A DNA stretch of 64,000 nt from Dehalococcoidia bacterium (lineage in GTDB: Bacteria > Chloroflexota > Dehalococcoidia > Lucifugimonadales > UBA1123), in NCBI GenBank assembly GCA_965208795.1, contig CBDBPQ010000001.1, positions 21,895 through 85,894 of the forward strand, given 5' to 3'. Below the pieces are notes generated by a model. That model had not been told where the DNA came from, searched no databases, and saw only the letters and a list, made by a program, of their open reading frames with translations. This document shows, piece after piece, positions 8,598-17,670 of this stretch. Position 1 is the stretch's first letter. Each line of letters begins with the position of its first letter. The translations under genes were made by a program, and so were the position numbers.

Positions 8598-9503
8598 TCA
8601 ATGTATCACAGATGCCGGAATACCCGTATCCAGTCGGATGATCGGCTGGACGCGCGTGTAATATGGCGTTGCCACCACTGTCTCGCCCGGCGACTCTTCC
8701 ATGTGGAAACGATGGTGATTCATGCGATACGACCCGCCGTCAGCCGCCGCTCCCAGTACGCCCAGCTCATTCTGCACGAGCAAGTTGACGCGCCGTATGG
8801 GTTTATCGCCAACTCGTCCATGGTCAGACATGAGGAAAAGTCCCTTCCCCCTTGACGGGGGAAGGTTAGGATGGGGGTGCCCAATGTAGTTATCGCCATG
8901 TGTTTCACCATCCCCGCCCGCCGAGACCGTAACGACGGCCCTGACCGACCCGGGTAGTGCGCCCATATCTACGCGAGAAGATAGAGCGACCACGATGTCC
9001 GGCTGAAAAACGTCGAGCAGCCCTTCGAGCCGGTCGGTAGCCGTGTCCACCAGGAGATGGGCCGAAATACCCATCCGAACGAACGCTGCGCACGCCTCCG
9101 CGCCGAAGTATCGGCGGGTTTCCGTGGCGACCGCCACCGCGCTTAGTTCGCCCGCGTTCGCCCGGTCCGGGACCGCCAAGCCCAGCCCGCCGCGCAGCAG
9201 TTCGACGCGGATGGCCGTCTCCGCTGCCCCTTCCGCCACCGCGGCGCGCCCCGGCGACTGTCCCAGCCACGGGCCCGGTATCCACTCGATACCGGATGCA
9301 TCGGACAACAGCGCGTCGAACCGCTGACGCCGGTAATCAGACACAGCGGTAATCGGCAGGCGCTCGAAGTCCGCGAGGGATTCGATGGAGTTGCGAGCGT
9401 CGCTCAACCTGCCCCTCCAAAACGGCGCGCGCCGCGCCGCCCGTACCGCTTCCGCCAGCAGTGATACGTGGTCGTCAGGGCGGACAGGATTCGTGGGCTT
9501 CAT
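8598..9503 (-). CDS. degenerate PaaK-like ligase N-domain protein carrying an in-frame repeat insertion
   Basis: PaaK-like layout (SLADFERLPITAVSDYRR; ...PIIRLDTG equivalent of RYRxGD), but the P-loop is replaced by QSPGRAAV and the C-terminal lid is absent. The ORF reads through the repeat at 8838-8879. Start and stop are coupled to both neighbours. Confidence 0.5.
   Translation of the reverse strand: MKPTNPVRPDDHVSLLAEAVRAARRAPFWRGRLSDARNSIESLADFERLPITAVSDYRRQRFDALLSDASGIEWIPGPWLGQSPGRAAVAEGAAETAIRVELLRGGLGLAVPDRANAGELSAVAVATETRRYFGAEACAAFVRMGISAHLLVDTATDRLEGLLDVFQPDIVVALSSRVDMGALPGSVRAVVTVSAGGDGETHGDNYIGHPHPNLPPSRGKGLFLMSDHGRVGDKPIRRVNLLVQNELGVLGAAADGGSYRMNHHRFHMEESPGETVVATPYYTRVQPIIRLDTGIPASVIH
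8838..8879 (+). repeat. R1 palindromic repeat copy (short variant) inside a CDS
   Basis: aagtcccttcccccttgacgggggaaggttaggatgggggtg is identical to the cores at 17671-17712 and 54059-54100. It is 42 bp (14 codons) and translates on the minus strand as HPHPNLPPSRGKGL. Confidence 0.85.
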
Positions 9504-10945
9504 CAGCCGTCGCGCCTGAGCTGCCGCTTCAGACCGATGACCGCCAACCCCATCTCATGCCGCTCGTCCTCGAAGGCGTTGTACCTTGCAACTAAATGCG
9601 CGTAACACCCCAGAACGGGCTCCACCGCATCCGGCTCGCGCTCCCGGAACCGCGTCCACACGTCGCCATCCATCCGCCACTCCGCGCTCGCGTCCATCTC
9701 CAGTCCGCTGGACTGCGCCATCCGTTCGTACAGCTGTCGTATCCCCTCGTAACCCTCCGCGTCCGTGTAAGGCAGCGGCGTAACTAGAAAGTCCGGCGTA
9801 ATCACTAGCCCAAGCTCATTATCGAATACCTGCACCAGATCGATCTCCGGTATGAAGTTCTCCATCGCGTAGCACAAGTCCAGCGCCAGATCGTCCGGGG
9901 CGCGGTGGTAGTAGAAGTCCTCCGGATATACGCCCATCTGCACGGGGAAGGGACGCGGACGCTCCGGATCCAGCGCGCAATCCACCGCCGCGCCCCGCTG
10001 GAACAGAAACGGGATGTTCCCGTTGGTGGCGTCAACGAGCGCCCGCTCGCCGTCCACCCTGAACTCCAGCGCCATGTGCTGCCAGTAACGCATCGCCGGC
10101 GCCGCGCCGCGAAAGTCGAACGTGTCCAGTATATGTCGCAGACGCTTTACCGGAAGCCGACCCGTCGCGTCCGGTCCCGCGAACAGGTACCGCGACTCGA
10201 AACCGAATGCGTCCGTAACGAACTTCAGCGCCTGCACCTTCTCCGAGCATATCGCGCCGCGTCCTTCGATGATGCTCGCCAGCGACTCGTCGCCCGTCTT
10301 GTAGCGCAGAGCCTCCCCCGTGAATCGAGAGTAGTTCTCGAACGGGCTGTCCCATATCGCCTGCGCCATCCGCCGCAAGAACTCCATCCGTGAGGCGTGG
10401 TCGCCGAGCGATAGGACGCGGTCCGCGTCATCGCCGCCCTCATGCGCCGCGCGCGCGACGAACTCCAGGAACTTCGACTCGCCGCGCGACCACCGCCGCC
10501 GGTGGAACCCGATCCAGTTGCGACAGTAGTCGGTCTCGCTCCTGTCTATCGTTACGTCCAGTAGCCCCACCTCCACGCCTTGAACTCGCGCTCTCGAAAC
10601 CGGTACGGTCTCGCGCGACGAAAGCTCGCGGACGCCAAGTTTGAACACAGAGCCGGGCGCCAGGCCGCCGAGCGCGCCCTCGTCCGTCAGCGTGTGCGTC
10701 AGATCCTGTATCGCCGCTAGCGCAGTCGCAGCGTCGGGCAGTATAAGCCGCCGCTTGACCAGCATATTTGGCAGCGCGTCCGGACCCGCGCCGGTCAGGT
10801 ACTTCGACACGAGCGATCCTAGTGGCGCGTCGGCGTCCGAATCCTCCACTCTCAGCGTACACGTTCGCCCCGTTAGGAAGTCGGTCCACCTCAGCAGCGT
10901 CGGACGCGCGCCTGTCGAATCTGCGCCCATGATCACGTTCCACAT
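9503..10945 (-). CDS. transglutaminase-like (Cys-His-Asp) fold protein, function unknown
   Basis: GRGAICSEKVQALKFVTDAFGFESRYLFAG resembles the TGase-core Cys segment. It is followed about 57 aa later by WQHMALEFRVDGERALVDATNG (His ... Asp at typical spacing). The stop overlaps the next start (TGATG). Confidence 0.45.
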   Translation of the reverse strand: MWNVIMGADSTGARPTLLRWTDFLTGRTCTLRVEDSDADAPLGSLVSKYLTGAGPDALPNMLVKRRLILPDAATALAAIQDLTHTLTDEGALGGLAPGSVFKLGVRELSSRETVPVSRARVQGVEVGLLDVTIDRSETDYCRNWIGFHRRRWSRGESKFLEFVARAAHEGGDDADRVLSLGDHASRMEFLRRMAQAIWDSPFENYSRFTGEALRYKTGDESLASIIEGRGAICSEKVQALKFVTDAFGFESRYLFAGPDATGRLPVKRLRHILDTFDFRGAAPAMRYWQHMALEFRVDGERALVDATNGNIPFLFQRGAAVDCALDPERPRPFPVQMGVYPEDFYYHRAPDDLALDLCYAMENFIPEIDLVQVFDNELGLVITPDFLVTPLPYTDAEGYEGIRQLYERMAQSSGLEMDASAEWRMDGDVWTRFREREPDAVEPVLGCYAHLVARYNAFEDERHEMGLAVIGLKRQLRRDG

Positions 10946-10973
10946 ATCCTGAAGACTGCGCTATAATCCATCT

Positions 10974-11660
10974 ATGTCATTCTCGCACAAAACCGCCCGC
11001 GCCCTCATCGCCATTCTGGCGCTCGTAGCGATAGTGCTCGTCGTCGCCTGCGCCCAGGCGTCCGAGCCCCCCGCGCCGACTGCTAAGGTTACTGAGCCTG
11101 CGCCGACTCCGACGCCACTGCCACCCACCGCCACCCCTCAGCCTTCCCCGACTGCGGTTCCGCCGACTCCGACCGCGCCGCCGCCCACCGCAACCGCTGA
11201 GCCGCGCCCGACGCCGCGCGTCATTCGCAGCAGGGCGCAGACAGAAAACGTCGTCGCCCCTGACTTCGAGATAGAAGCGTTCGACGGCAAGATGATTCGG
11301 CTGTCAGACTTCGCCGGTCAGGTCGTGGTGCTGAACTTCTGGGCGTCGTGGTGTCCGCCGTGCCGTTGGGAGATGCCCGCCTTCGAGGAAATATACCAGG
11401 AGTACCGCGATCAGGGGGTAACCTTCATCGGAATCGCAATGTCCGACACGCTCGAAGAAGCCAGCGGACTCGCAGTGCAGACCGGCGTAACATACCCTCT
11501 CGCGCTCGACACCACCAACGAAGTTGTCCGAGCCTACGAGGTCCGTTCGCTGCCCACCACATTCTTCATCGACAAGGATGGACGCATCCAGCGTCGCCTC
11601 ACCAGCGCCGCCAACGAAGGAATGCTCAAAGTATTCATTCGCGGCCAGCTATCCGACTAG
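10974..11660 (+). CDS. membrane-anchored TlpA/ResA-like thiol-disulfide oxidoreductase
   Basis: N-terminal TM/lipobox (VVAC), Pro/Thr/Ala linker, thioredoxin fold with WASWCPPC active site. Confidence 0.8.
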   Translation: MSFSHKTARALIAILALVAIVLVVACAQASEPPAPTAKVTEPAPTPTPLPPTATPQPSPTAVPPTPTAPPPTATAEPRPTPRVIRSRAQTENVVAPDFEIEAFDGKMIRLSDFAGQVVVLNFWASWCPPCRWEMPAFEEIYQEYRDQGVTFIGIAMSDTLEEASGLAVQTGVTYPLALDTTNEVVRAYEVRSLPTTFFIDKDGRIQRRLTSAANEGMLKVFIRGQLSD

Positions 11661-11691
11661 TTAGGCGCAGCCACGCGCCCCACTTTGACCC

Positions 11692-11758
11692 AGAGGCGCA
11701 GAGACGTAGAGGGATAGAGTTACCCCCTTCGCGTCTTCGCGCCTTTGTATTATTATTC
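11692..11758 (+). terminator. R2-type inverted repeat / probable terminator after the thioredoxin gene
   Basis: aggcgcagagacg (11694-11706) pairs with cgtcttcgcgcct (11732-11744), 12 of 13 positions including one GU. It is followed by the T-rich tttgtattattatt. The loop is large (25 nt). Confidence 0.4.
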
Positions 11759-11767
11759 CCATCGCGG

Positions 11768-11795
11768 TTGACATTTGCGCGAATTCGCGTATATT
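11768..11795 (+). promoter_or_regulatory. sigma70-like promoter of ABC operon 1
   Basis: TTGACA (11768-73), 16 nt, TATATT (11790-95), about 65 nt upstream of ATG 11862. Confidence 0.45.
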
Positions 11796-11861
11796 TGGGG
11801 CGCACGCAGGTATGATCTCGTCTATCAGGCATCCGTTCCCTTAGCGAAAGGTGAGGAAGCA

Positions 11862-13652
11862 ATGAAGAACCACCCATCCGGATTTTCCAGAATCTTCGGC
11901 TCGATCGCCCTGATAGCGGCGCTGGCGCTCTCGCTTTCGATAGCTGTGGCGTGCAGCTCGGCCGACGAGGAGCCTGAACCCGCGGCGCCCGCGCCCGCCG
12001 CCGCCCCTGCGGCTCCGGCCCCAACGGCAGCCGCGCCCGCGCCGGCGCCAACGGAAGTCGTCGTAGCGGCGCAACCAAAGGCGACGGAGGCTAAGGTCGC
12101 CCATGAGTTCACCGCCGGACAGCGCGGCGGCGATATGCGTATCGCCACCGGCGTCTGGTTTGACAGATGGGACATGACCACCCGCTCCCACTGGTCGTCC
12201 ACGCAGGGGCTGAACCGGATGTACTCCGGCGTCCTCCAGTTCTCCCCCAGAGACGGCCTCACCGTAACGCCGGACCTCGCCCACTCGTGGGAATTCAACG
12301 AAGACTTTTCTCAGGTAACCCTCCAGTTCAACGAGGGCATCACGTGGCACGACGGCGAAGCCTTCACCGTGGACGACGTGGTTTACACCATCAACAGATG
12401 GATAGACCCGCCCGAAGGCATCCCGCAGCCCCGTGTCGCCGGCTTCCTCCTCGTTGACCAGATGGAGAAGATAGACGACCACACGATGACGATAACCATG
12501 ACCAACCCCACCAGCCGCATCCTCGCCGCTTTGGCCGACTCGTGGCATATCATGTTGCCGGAACACGTTCTCGCCCCGGCCGGCGGAAACCTAAGCGATC
12601 CGGAGCAGGTCATCGGCACTGGCGCATTCAAGTTGGAAAGCTACGAGGTAGGCAACAACGTAATCACCGACGCCAACCCGGACTACTTCGTTGACGCCCC
12701 GGACGGCAGCCCATATCCGCTGCTGGACAGGATAACCGGCATCTCCTTCGCCAACAACGAACTCGCCGGCGCCGCGTTCACCACCAAGCAGATAGACCAG
12801 TACATCACTTACACACCGGCCAGCGCGTACCCCATCCAGGCGGACTTCCCGAACGAAGTCAGCGTCATTCGCTGGGACAGCCCGGGCTTCCAGGGGATCG
12901 CAATGAACGGCGACAAGCCGCCTTTCGACGACCCCGAAGTCCGCAAGGCCTTCCGATGCGCCGTTGACACCAAGCACATCATAGACCTCACCAGCGTGCC
13001 GGACGTTGATCCACCGAACCTGCGCCAGATCAGCTTCTTCGGCACCGCCGACCCCAACTACGAAGACATTCTGGACTACCCGTGCCTCGACTGGGACGAG
13101 AAGGCCAACCAGCAGGAGATGGCCAAACAGATATTCGCCGACAAGGGCGTTACCGAAATCGAATTCCTCACCGAAGAGGCCGAACCCCAGATAGTGCTGA
13201 TAATCCAGCAGCAGATGTTGCCGCTTGGCGTGGACATCAAGATAGTTCAGTCCGAGCTGACCTCCGCGCGCGAACAGGCTTACGCCTGCGATTACCAGCT
13301 ATTCTGGTTCGGCCAGGCCGTCGCCTCCAAGAGCCCCGTCGAAATAATCAACCAGGTATTCAGGCCGGGCGCCGGCTTTGATATGTGCCAGGCCGAGCCG
13401 CCCCAGCAGTGGCTTGACCTGCTCGCCGAACTGGACCGCGTCGGGCTTGGCTCCGCCGAAGAAAAGAGTATAGCCAAAGAGATGGATACCATCATGCGTG
13501 AGACTTGGAACCCCAAAGTCCCGGTCCGCAGGCCCGACGAGTTCCAGATCAAGTGGAACTACGTCATGAACGTTGACCCCATCGCAACCAGCAAATTCAT
13601 CCAGTCCCGATTCGTTGACGCCTGGCTCGACGATGGCGCCCCGGGCAAGTAG
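11862..13652 (+). CDS. ABC transporter substrate-binding lipoprotein, family 5 (peptide/nickel/opine type)
   Basis: Internal ATG 11862 is preceded by GGTGAGGAAG. Signal + lipobox (IAVAC), Ala/Pro linker, about 590 aa. Followed by a DppBCDF-like gene order. Confidence 0.85.
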   Translation: MKNHPSGFSRIFGSIALIAALALSLSIAVACSSADEEPEPAAPAPAAAPAAPAPTAAAPAPAPTEVVVAAQPKATEAKVAHEFTAGQRGGDMRIATGVWFDRWDMTTRSHWSSTQGLNRMYSGVLQFSPRDGLTVTPDLAHSWEFNEDFSQVTLQFNEGITWHDGEAFTVDDVVYTINRWIDPPEGIPQPRVAGFLLVDQMEKIDDHTMTITMTNPTSRILAALADSWHIMLPEHVLAPAGGNLSDPEQVIGTGAFKLESYEVGNNVITDANPDYFVDAPDGSPYPLLDRITGISFANNELAGAAFTTKQIDQYITYTPASAYPIQADFPNEVSVIRWDSPGFQGIAMNGDKPPFDDPEVRKAFRCAVDTKHIIDLTSVPDVDPPNLRQISFFGTADPNYEDILDYPCLDWDEKANQQEMAKQIFADKGVTEIEFLTEEAEPQIVLIIQQQMLPLGVDIKIVQSELTSAREQAYACDYQLFWFGQAVASKSPVEIINQVFRPGAGFDMCQAEPPQQWLDLLAELDRVGLGSAEEKSIAKEMDTIMRETWNPKVPVRRPDEFQIKWNYVMNVDPIATSKFIQSRFVDAWLDDGAPGK

Positions 13653-13762
13653 CGCCTACACGCGCCAACCTCCTTGCGCCGACGCGCTTGGGGGTTGGCG
13701 CAACCCCTACCTGAAAACGCCGCGAAAGCCGCCGATCCAACCCGATAAGTTGAGGAAGCGAA

Positions 13763-14716
13763 GTGACAGGATACGTCGTCCGCAGACTGCTGCTCATCAT
13801 TCCCACGCTGCTGCTGCTCGGCACGCTCCTGTTCTTCATGCTCCAGTTCATCCCGGGAGACGTGGCCTCCACCCTGCTCGCAGGCGAGGAGAGCGCGGCG
13901 CCGCCGGAAGTCATCGAAAAGCTCCGCAAGGAGTTGGGCTTGGCAGACCCTCTGTACGTCCAATACTTCCGATGGCTCGGCAAGATGGTGCGGGGCGATC
14001 TCGGCTACTCCCCTTACTTCAACCAGTCCGTATGGGATGCAATCAAGCCTAAGATTGACGTAACCGTAACCCTCGCCATCCTAGGCGTGCTTGTCGCCAT
14101 CGTCGTCTCGATTCCCGCCGGCGTGCTGTCCGCCCTGTTCCGCGGCAGCTGGTTCGATCAGGCCGTGCGCGCCGTCAGCGCTGTCGGAATGGCGGTGCCG
14201 GCCTTCTGGCTCGGCATCATGATACTCTTGGTATTCTCCCGCGTTATCGGCTGGGCGCCGCCCGCCCAGCACTACGACCTCCTGGACGACCCCGTCGCCT
14301 CCCTCCAGCGCTTCATGTTCCCCGCCCTCATTCTCGGCTTCCGCTCGGCCGCCGTCATCAGCCGCATGATTCGCTCCATGATGCTCGAAGTGCTGAACGA
14401 AGACTACGTTCGCACCGCGTGGTCGAAGGGGCTGCTGCCCCGCGTCGTAATCGTCAAGCACGCCCTCCGCAACGCCCTGCTCCCCGTCGTAACCATGCTT
14501 GGGATGCTCTTCGCCTCCCTGCTGGACGGCGCCGTAGTGCTGGAAACCGTATTCAACCTGCCCGGCATCGGCCTGCACCTCATCGAATCCGTGCGCGGCA
14601 GAGACGCGACGATGGTGTTGGGCATGGTGCTGGTCATCGGCGTCTTCATGATGATATGGATTCTTCTGGTGGATCTGTCCTACAAAGTCCTCGACCCGAG
14701 GGTGACCTATGAGTAG
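13763..14716 (+). CDS. ABC transporter permease (DppB/OppB-like)
   Basis: N-terminus YVVRRLLLIIPTLLLL, 6-TM pattern, and the DYVRTAWSKGL motif typical of OppB/DppB. Confidence 0.85.
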   Translation: MTGYVVRRLLLIIPTLLLLGTLLFFMLQFIPGDVASTLLAGEESAAPPEVIEKLRKELGLADPLYVQYFRWLGKMVRGDLGYSPYFNQSVWDAIKPKIDVTVTLAILGVLVAIVVSIPAGVLSALFRGSWFDQAVRAVSAVGMAVPAFWLGIMILLVFSRVIGWAPPAQHYDLLDDPVASLQRFMFPALILGFRSAAVISRMIRSMMLEVLNEDYVRTAWSKGLLPRVVIVKHALRNALLPVVTMLGMLFASLLDGAVVLETVFNLPGIGLHLIESVRGRDATMVLGMVLVIGVFMMIWILLVDLSYKVLDPRVTYE

Positions 14717-15626
14717 CCCCGCCTTCGAACGCGCCACCCCTGTCGAACGCGCCGTTGGCGGACTGTCGCTCGGAGCGCGCAAGCTCGGCGAATTCGCCCT
14801 TCTCAACCCCGCGGGCGCCGTCGGGGGCCTCATCATGCTCGTCATGGTCGTCCTCGCCGCCGGCGCGCCCCTCGTTACGCCCCACGACCCCGCGACCTTC
14901 GTCGCCACCCGATTCCTCGGCCTCTTCTCGTCCGCCAGCGACGGCTCGCTCCTCATATTCGGCTCCGATGAACTGGGCCGCAACGAGTTCAGCCGCGCCC
15001 TGTACGGCGGGCGCGTGTCGCTGCTCGTCGGCTTCCTGTCGCCCCTCATCGGAGTCTCGGTCGGCACCCTCATCGGCATCGTATCCGCCTACTACGGCGG
15101 ACTCGTGGACCTCATCCTCCAGCGCTTCGTGGATACGCTGCTCGTGCTGCCCGGCCTCGTCATAGTCATCACCATCGCCGTCGCATTCGGATTCACAATG
15201 ACGGTCGTCATATGCGCGCTTGCGCTATTCAGCGCCATCGGCTCCATTCGCGTAATCCGCTCGCACGTCCTCTCCCTGCGGGAGTCGCTCTTCATCGAAG
15301 CCCAGCGCTCCATCGGATCGTCGTCGCTGCGCATAGTGTTGCTTCACCTCGTGCCGAACACGCTGCCCGTATCCCTCGTCCTGGTCGCCGTTGGAATCGC
15401 GGGCGCGATCGTCGCCGAGGCGCAGCTCAGCTTCCTCGGCATAGGCATCAAGCCGCCCACGCCGTCTTGGGGCAATATGCTCAGCGGAGCCCAAAACCGC
15501 TTAGATCTAGGGCCGCACCTCGCCGTCGTACCCGGCGTTCTAATCTCCGTAACCGTCCTCGCCATGAACCTGCTGGGCGATGCGATCCGCGACATGATAG
15601 ACCCCAGATTGCGAGGGAGGCAGTAG
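14709..15626 (+). CDS. ABC transporter permease (DppC/OppC-like)
   Basis: LFGSDELGRNEFSRALYGGRVSL motif and an EAA-loop-like FIEAQRSIGSS. The 8-nt overlap with the upstream permease indicates coupling. Confidence 0.85.
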   Translation: MSSPAFERATPVERAVGGLSLGARKLGEFALLNPAGAVGGLIMLVMVVLAAGAPLVTPHDPATFVATRFLGLFSSASDGSLLIFGSDELGRNEFSRALYGGRVSLLVGFLSPLIGVSVGTLIGIVSAYYGGLVDLILQRFVDTLLVLPGLVIVITIAVAFGFTMTVVICALALFSAIGSIRVIRSHVLSLRESLFIEAQRSIGSSSLRIVLLHLVPNTLPVSLVLVAVGIAGAIVAEAQLSFLGIGIKPPTPSWGNMLSGAQNRLDLGPHLAVVPGVLISVTVLAMNLLGDAIRDMIDPRLRGRQ

Positions 15627-16634
15627 ATGGCTGCCCAAACTGCCGATCCGCTCATCTCCGTCCGCGACCTGCGGACGTACTTCTACACCCACGAAGGTGT
15701 GGTGCAGGCGGTCAACGGCGTGTCCTTCGACGCCCGCGCCGGCGAGACCGTAGCCCTTGTCGGCGAGAGCGGCTGCGGCAAATCCGTAACCTCATTGTCC
15801 ATCATGCGCCTCGTGGCGGACCCGCCCGGCAAGATAGTGTCCGGCGAGGTAATGTTCGAGGGTGAAGACCTGCTGCTGATGGACGGCGAAGATCTGCGGC
15901 GCATTCGCGGCAGCGAAATAGCTATGATCTTCCAGGAACCCATGTCGTCGCTCAACCCCGTGCTAACCATAGAAGAGCAGATCGCCGAATCGCTCATGTG
16001 GCACTGGAGCATAAACCGCGCCGAGGCGCGCGAGCGTGTGATAGAGCTGCTCGAACAGGTCGGCATATCCGACCCACAGCGACGGCTCAACCAGTACCCC
16101 CACGAGTTCAGCGGCGGTATGCGCCAGCGCGTGATGATCGCCATCGCCATGAGCTGCGTCCCAAAGCTGATAATCGCCGACGAGGCGACGACCGCCCTCG
16201 ACGTAACCATCCAGTCCCAGATTCTCGACCTGCTCAAGAGCTTGGCAGACCGCTTCGGCGTAACGCTCATCCTCATAACCCACAACCTCGGCGTCGTCGC
16301 GCGCTACGCCGACCGCATCAACATCATGTACGCGGGCCGCATCATAGAGCGCGGCGCGACGACTCAGATATTCCGAAACCCAAGTCACCCCTACACGCGC
16401 GGCCTTCTTCGCTCCATACCGCGCGTCGACCAGGTCCGCGGAGAGCTCCTGGAGACCATAGACGGCCAGCCGCCCGACCTGATAGACCTGTCCGAAGGCT
16501 GCCCGTTCATGCCCCGGTGCAACTACGCGATGGATGTGTGCGCCGAAAGCTTCCCGGACTATACGCCCATCGCCGACGGCCACTTCGCCGCGTGCTGGGC
16601 CGCCGGCAAACTGGATGCGGAGGCGTCGCCATGA
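15627..16634 (+). CDS. ABC transporter ATP-binding protein (DppD/OppD-like)
   Basis: Walker A GESGCGKS, signature FSGGMRQR, Walker [12 protein letters not shown], and the oligopeptide C-terminal Cys motif (CPFMPRC). Confidence 0.9.
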   Translation: MAAQTADPLISVRDLRTYFYTHEGVVQAVNGVSFDARAGETVALVGESGCGKSVTSLSIMRLVADPPGKIVSGEVMFEGEDLLLMDGEDLRRIRGSEIAMIFQEPMSSLNPVLTIEEQIAESLMWHWSINRAEARERVIELLEQVGISDPQRRLNQYPHEFSGGMRQRVMIAIAMSCVPKLIIADEATTALDVTIQSQILDLLKSLADRFGVTLILITHNLGVVARYADRINIMYAGRIIERGATTQIFRNPSHPYTRGLLRSIPRVDQVRGELLETIDGQPPDLIDLSEGCPFMPRCNYAMDVCAESFPDYTPIADGHFAACWAAGKLDAEASP

Positions 16635-17662
16635 CCGCCGATACCCGCGCCCAGCCCCAAGACCGACTAGAAGACAACCTCATAGACGTCCGCGATCTCA
16701 GGGTAACCTTCCCCGTCAAGTCCGGCTCGTTCATCTCGCGCAAGGTAGGCGAGATAAAGGCCGTTGACGGCGTGAGCTTCACAATCGGGCGCGGCGAGAC
16801 GCTTGGACTGGTGGGCGAAAGTGGCTGCGGCAAGACCACGCTCGGACGCGCCATCCTCCACCTCGAAAAACCCCAATCCGGCGACATCCACTTCGGTGGA
16901 CGCAACCTGTCCGGCATGGGCCGCCGCGAATTGCGCGAGATGCGCCGCCGCGCCCAGATAATCTTCCAGGATCCGTACACCTCCCTCGACCCTCGACAAA
17001 CGGCGGGCGACTGCATCGGAGAACCGCTTAAGGTTCACGGGCTGGTCAAAGGACGTGGAGAGTACCGAGACGAGGTGGCCCGCCTCCTTGAAATCGTAGG
17101 CCTGAACCCCAACATGGCGGCGCGCTTCCCGCACGAGTTCAGCGGCGGACAGCGCCAGCGCATCGGCATCGCCCGGGCGCTCGCCGTCGGACCGGAGTTC
17201 ATAGTGTGCGACGAACCCGTCTCCGCGCTCGATGTATCCATTCAAGGGCAGATCATCAACCTCCTGCAGAGACTCCAGGAAACCTTCGACTTCACATACC
17301 TCTTCGTATCGCACGACCTGTCGGTTGTTCGTCACGTCAGCGACAGGATAGCCGTAATGTATCTTGGCAGAATCGTCGAAATCGCGAGCCAAGATGAACT
17401 GTACGAAGACCCGCTCCATCCCTACACCCGCGCTCTGCTGTCTGCCATACCGATACCCGACCCGGACATCGAGCGCGAACGCGAACGCATCCCTCTGACC
17501 GGCGAAGTGCCAAGCCCGCTCAACCCTCCGCCCGGATGCTCGTTCCACCCGCGCTGCCTGCTGGAAATAGACGACTGCCGCGCCGAAGTCCCGGAACTGC
17601 GCGAGGTAAGGCCCGGCCACTGGGTAAGCTGCATCCGCGCTGAAGGTTACGGCGCTGCGTGA
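16631..17662 (+). CDS. ABC transporter ATP-binding protein (DppF/OppF-like)
   Basis: ATG 16631 overlaps the upstream stop (ATGA). [35 protein letters not shown]. The long N-terminal extension from 15998 is Arg/Pro-rich out-of-frame read-through of the preceding gene. Confidence 0.9.
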   Translation: MTADTRAQPQDRLEDNLIDVRDLRVTFPVKSGSFISRKVGEIKAVDGVSFTIGRGETLGLVGESGCGKTTLGRAILHLEKPQSGDIHFGGRNLSGMGRRELREMRRRAQIIFQDPYTSLDPRQTAGDCIGEPLKVHGLVKGRGEYRDEVARLLEIVGLNPNMAARFPHEFSGGQRQRIGIARALAVGPEFIVCDEPVSALDVSIQGQIINLLQRLQETFDFTYLFVSHDLSVVRHVSDRIAVMYLGRIVEIASQDELYEDPLHPYTRALLSAIPIPDPDIERERERIPLTGEVPSPLNPPPGCSFHPRCLLEIDDCRAEVPELREVRPGHWVSCIRAEGYGAA

Positions 17663-17670
17663 CCAACGCC

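Noticed and set aside
14081-15079. 332-aa antisense ORF across the two permease genes. The same class includes 16667..17620, 32435..33532, 3673..4554, 35966..37186, 36243..37238, 37421..38281, 42950..43615 and 62835..63920.
   Set aside because: All of these lie opposite or out of frame to genes with strong motif support. Their Arg/Pro/Gly/Ala-biased compositions are characteristic of non-coding frames at high GC.
15998-16630. Long N-terminal extension of the second ABC ATPase (ORF 15998..17662)
   Set aside because: The extension is Arg/Pro-rich and overlaps the first ATPase gene out of frame. ATG 16631, with ATGA coupling, gives a normal-length OppF-like protein.
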